Assembly: GCA_965153455.1 (NCBI GenBank)
Contig: OZ234493.1
Span: forward strand, 16,110,213 to 16,174,212
Direction: 5' to 3'
DNA length: 64,000 nucleotides
Source of the DNA: Sphagnum compactum
Taxonomy: Eukaryota
The position numbers and the translations under genes were made by a program. The notes under the pieces are model-generated. The model had not been told where the DNA came from, ran no database searches, and worked only from the letters and a program-made list of their open reading frames with translations. Shown piece by piece: positions 62,740 to 64,000 of this stretch; position 1 is the stretch's first letter, and each line of letters begins with the position of its first letter.

Positions 62740-63365
62740 GGCTCTAGGGCTAGGACTCAAGGGGCGTAGGCGTATGGGGCTATATATAGGCTTGAGGGCT
62801 AGGGCTATGGGGTTTATGGGGATTAGGTCCATAGGGGCCTAGGGCAACAATTGGGGCTAGGTGGCTATGAGGGCTAGGGCTATGGGGTTCATGGAGCTTA
62901 GGTTTATAGGGGACTAGGGCAATTGGGGCTAGGTGGTTATAAGGGTTATGGGGGTTATGGGTCCTAAGGGTATGGGGTTATATATAGGGCTATGGGGGCT
63001 AGGTGGTTATGGGCTATATATAAGGTTATGAAGGCTATGGCTATGGGGGCTAGGTGGCCATGAGGCCTAGGGTTATGTGATTATACATAGGTCTAGGGCT
63101 ATGGGGGCTATGGCGCTTAAGTCCATGGGGGCCTAAGGCTATGCGGCTATATATGGGGTTCCGAGGGTTAGGGCTAGGGTTAAGGACTATATGGATAGGG
63201 TTAGGTTTGGCTTTATAGGGTTTGGGGTTGAAACAACCTTTATGTGCTTTGAATCTCAGGGTTTGACTTCAAAAGTATAATTTTAGGGTTTAGGTTTTAT
63301 GTTTGGACATTTTAATGGTTGATTTTTGGATTTATGGGGTTAATTTTAATGTTAGGGTTTGAAAA
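62740..63365 (+). repeat. G-rich degenerate repeat (GGGCTAGG/GGGCTATGG) grading into TTTAGGG-like motifs
   Basis: Strand-biased GGG-rich short repeats are seen directly. Confidence 0.8.
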
Positions 63366-64000
63366 TCAGCCCAAATGGGTGGGTTTGTATGTAGTTTATG
63401 TTAGATACAAGAATGGAGGTTAAGGCTTTCATGGGGATTATATAAAGAGGAGGTCTTCCTTCTTCTCTTCCTTTTGTTTTCATTCCAAACCTTTAGAGAT
63501 GTCTTCCTCTAGCTCCTTAAATAGTTCTTTTTCAAATAGTGATGATTTCATTTCATATTCAAATTCAACTTTTGGAAGATATGGACCAAAATGACTTTGT
63601 CATTTTCAATTGATGGCGATGGCAACTTCTAACTCCAATGATTTGTTCATTTCATGTGAAATGAAGGAGAGGGCGGGGCAATCTATAGACTCAACCCTTG
63701 GAATTCAAGATGTCTTGGGTACTATGCAAACCATACCAACATTATTCAAAACTTTGATGAACTTTACATTGGAAATCATTAATATCAACATTGAGTTCAA
63801 GGACCTTAAGAGATCAAGGAAATTGATGGAGGTGAATGAAAATTTGACATGAAATCCTAAGTGACAACTTATGGATAATGTTTCATAGTTTAAAGGACTC
63901 CGTCCTAGGAGGTGGGCCTAGTGCGAAGTTTGGCAAACCATTAACCTAAAAAACCATGGTTGATCCAAAATGTTGCTACTTTTTGGCTGTGTTGTAATAT

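Overview
Eukaryotic, AT-rich plant nuclear DNA with GT-AG introns, plant gene families, plant TE types and CCCTAAA motifs. A bryophyte such as a Sphagnum-like moss is my inference from repeat style and is not proven. There are two intact multi-exon genes on the minus strand. One is a malectin-domain kinesin-14 (16 exons reconstructed, ~1555 aa, one GC-AG intron, very long acidic N-terminus, MSA/CHR-like mitotic promoter motifs). The other is a TM-SMP-C2 protein of the At1g53590/NTMC2T6 type (~843 aa, with an ambiguous C2 exon region). A GC-rich single-exon orphan ORF (~362 aa, 53158-54246) has no domain I recognise. The rest is TE debris: two RLE-type non-LTR retroelement fragments, a degenerate PIF/Harbinger element, a solo LTR nested in a hAT remnant, non-autonomous Helitrons (including a ~820-bp head-to-head palindrome beside a PIF1-helicase fragment), MITEs, minisatellites and a tandem array of ~116-bp hairpins with conserved stems and variable loops. 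I saw no CRISPR array, rRNA or tRNA, and cannot demonstrate a new system. The best leads are the orphan ORF, the hairpin array and the Helitron palindrome. All exon coordinates were read by eye.
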